From Blastocystis sp. Blastoise (taxonomy: Eukaryota > Protista > Bigyra: Opalinata), in NCBI GenBank assembly GCA_039096225.1, contig JBBPEB010000033.1:248001-312000 (forward strand): DNA of 64,000 nt. The letters are read 5' to 3'. Of this stretch, positions 63,985 to 64,000 are shown one piece after another. Positions within the stretch are counted from its first letter, which is position 1, and each line of letters starts with the position of its first letter. The notes under the pieces were generated by a model. The model searched no databases and was not told where the DNA came from. It was given only the letters and a program-made list of their open reading frames with translations. The position numbers were made by a program, and so were the translations under genes.

Positions 63985-64000
63985 GGTATTAATGGTGTTA
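62860..64000 (+). CDS. MFS sugar porter (SP family); runs off the window end
   Basis: FGGCIYGFNTGIVSG, IRGFLGLAIG...PMYSA, IFQLSI, MNQLTGINGV. Confidence 0.9.

Overview
Very AT-rich, gene-dense, intron-rich nuclear DNA from a eukaryotic microbe. The gene set (bacterial-type Fe-alcohol dehydrogenase, sideroflexin, BTB-TLDc protein, LicD-like and fucosyltransferase-like genes) and the GT-rich 3' flanks suggest a low-GC Blastocystis-like stramenopile; this is inference only. I reconstructed about 22 multi-exon genes by hand. Most ORFs in the supplied track are microsatellite artefacts inside introns. The main non-genic feature is a 5,149-bp Mutator-like non-autonomous element (12198-17346) with perfect 231-bp terminal inverted repeats and a 9-bp TTATAATAT target-site duplication. 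It has no recognisable transposase. Its cargo, all readable on the minus strand, is a short spliced-looking unit, a ~2.6-kb (AAT)n satellite with about 30 TATATAG|GT junctions, and a 68-nt tRNA-like fold. Separately, six introns in three genes lack GT or AG, and each time the missing G is replaced by the base the spliced mRNA has at that position. Other notable items are a 37-aa OST4 gene missed by the ORF track, a GST-PrdX fusion, a membrane protein with a split phage-structural-like motif, and three enzymes with degenerate catalytic motifs. CDS coordinates run from start to stop and include introns.
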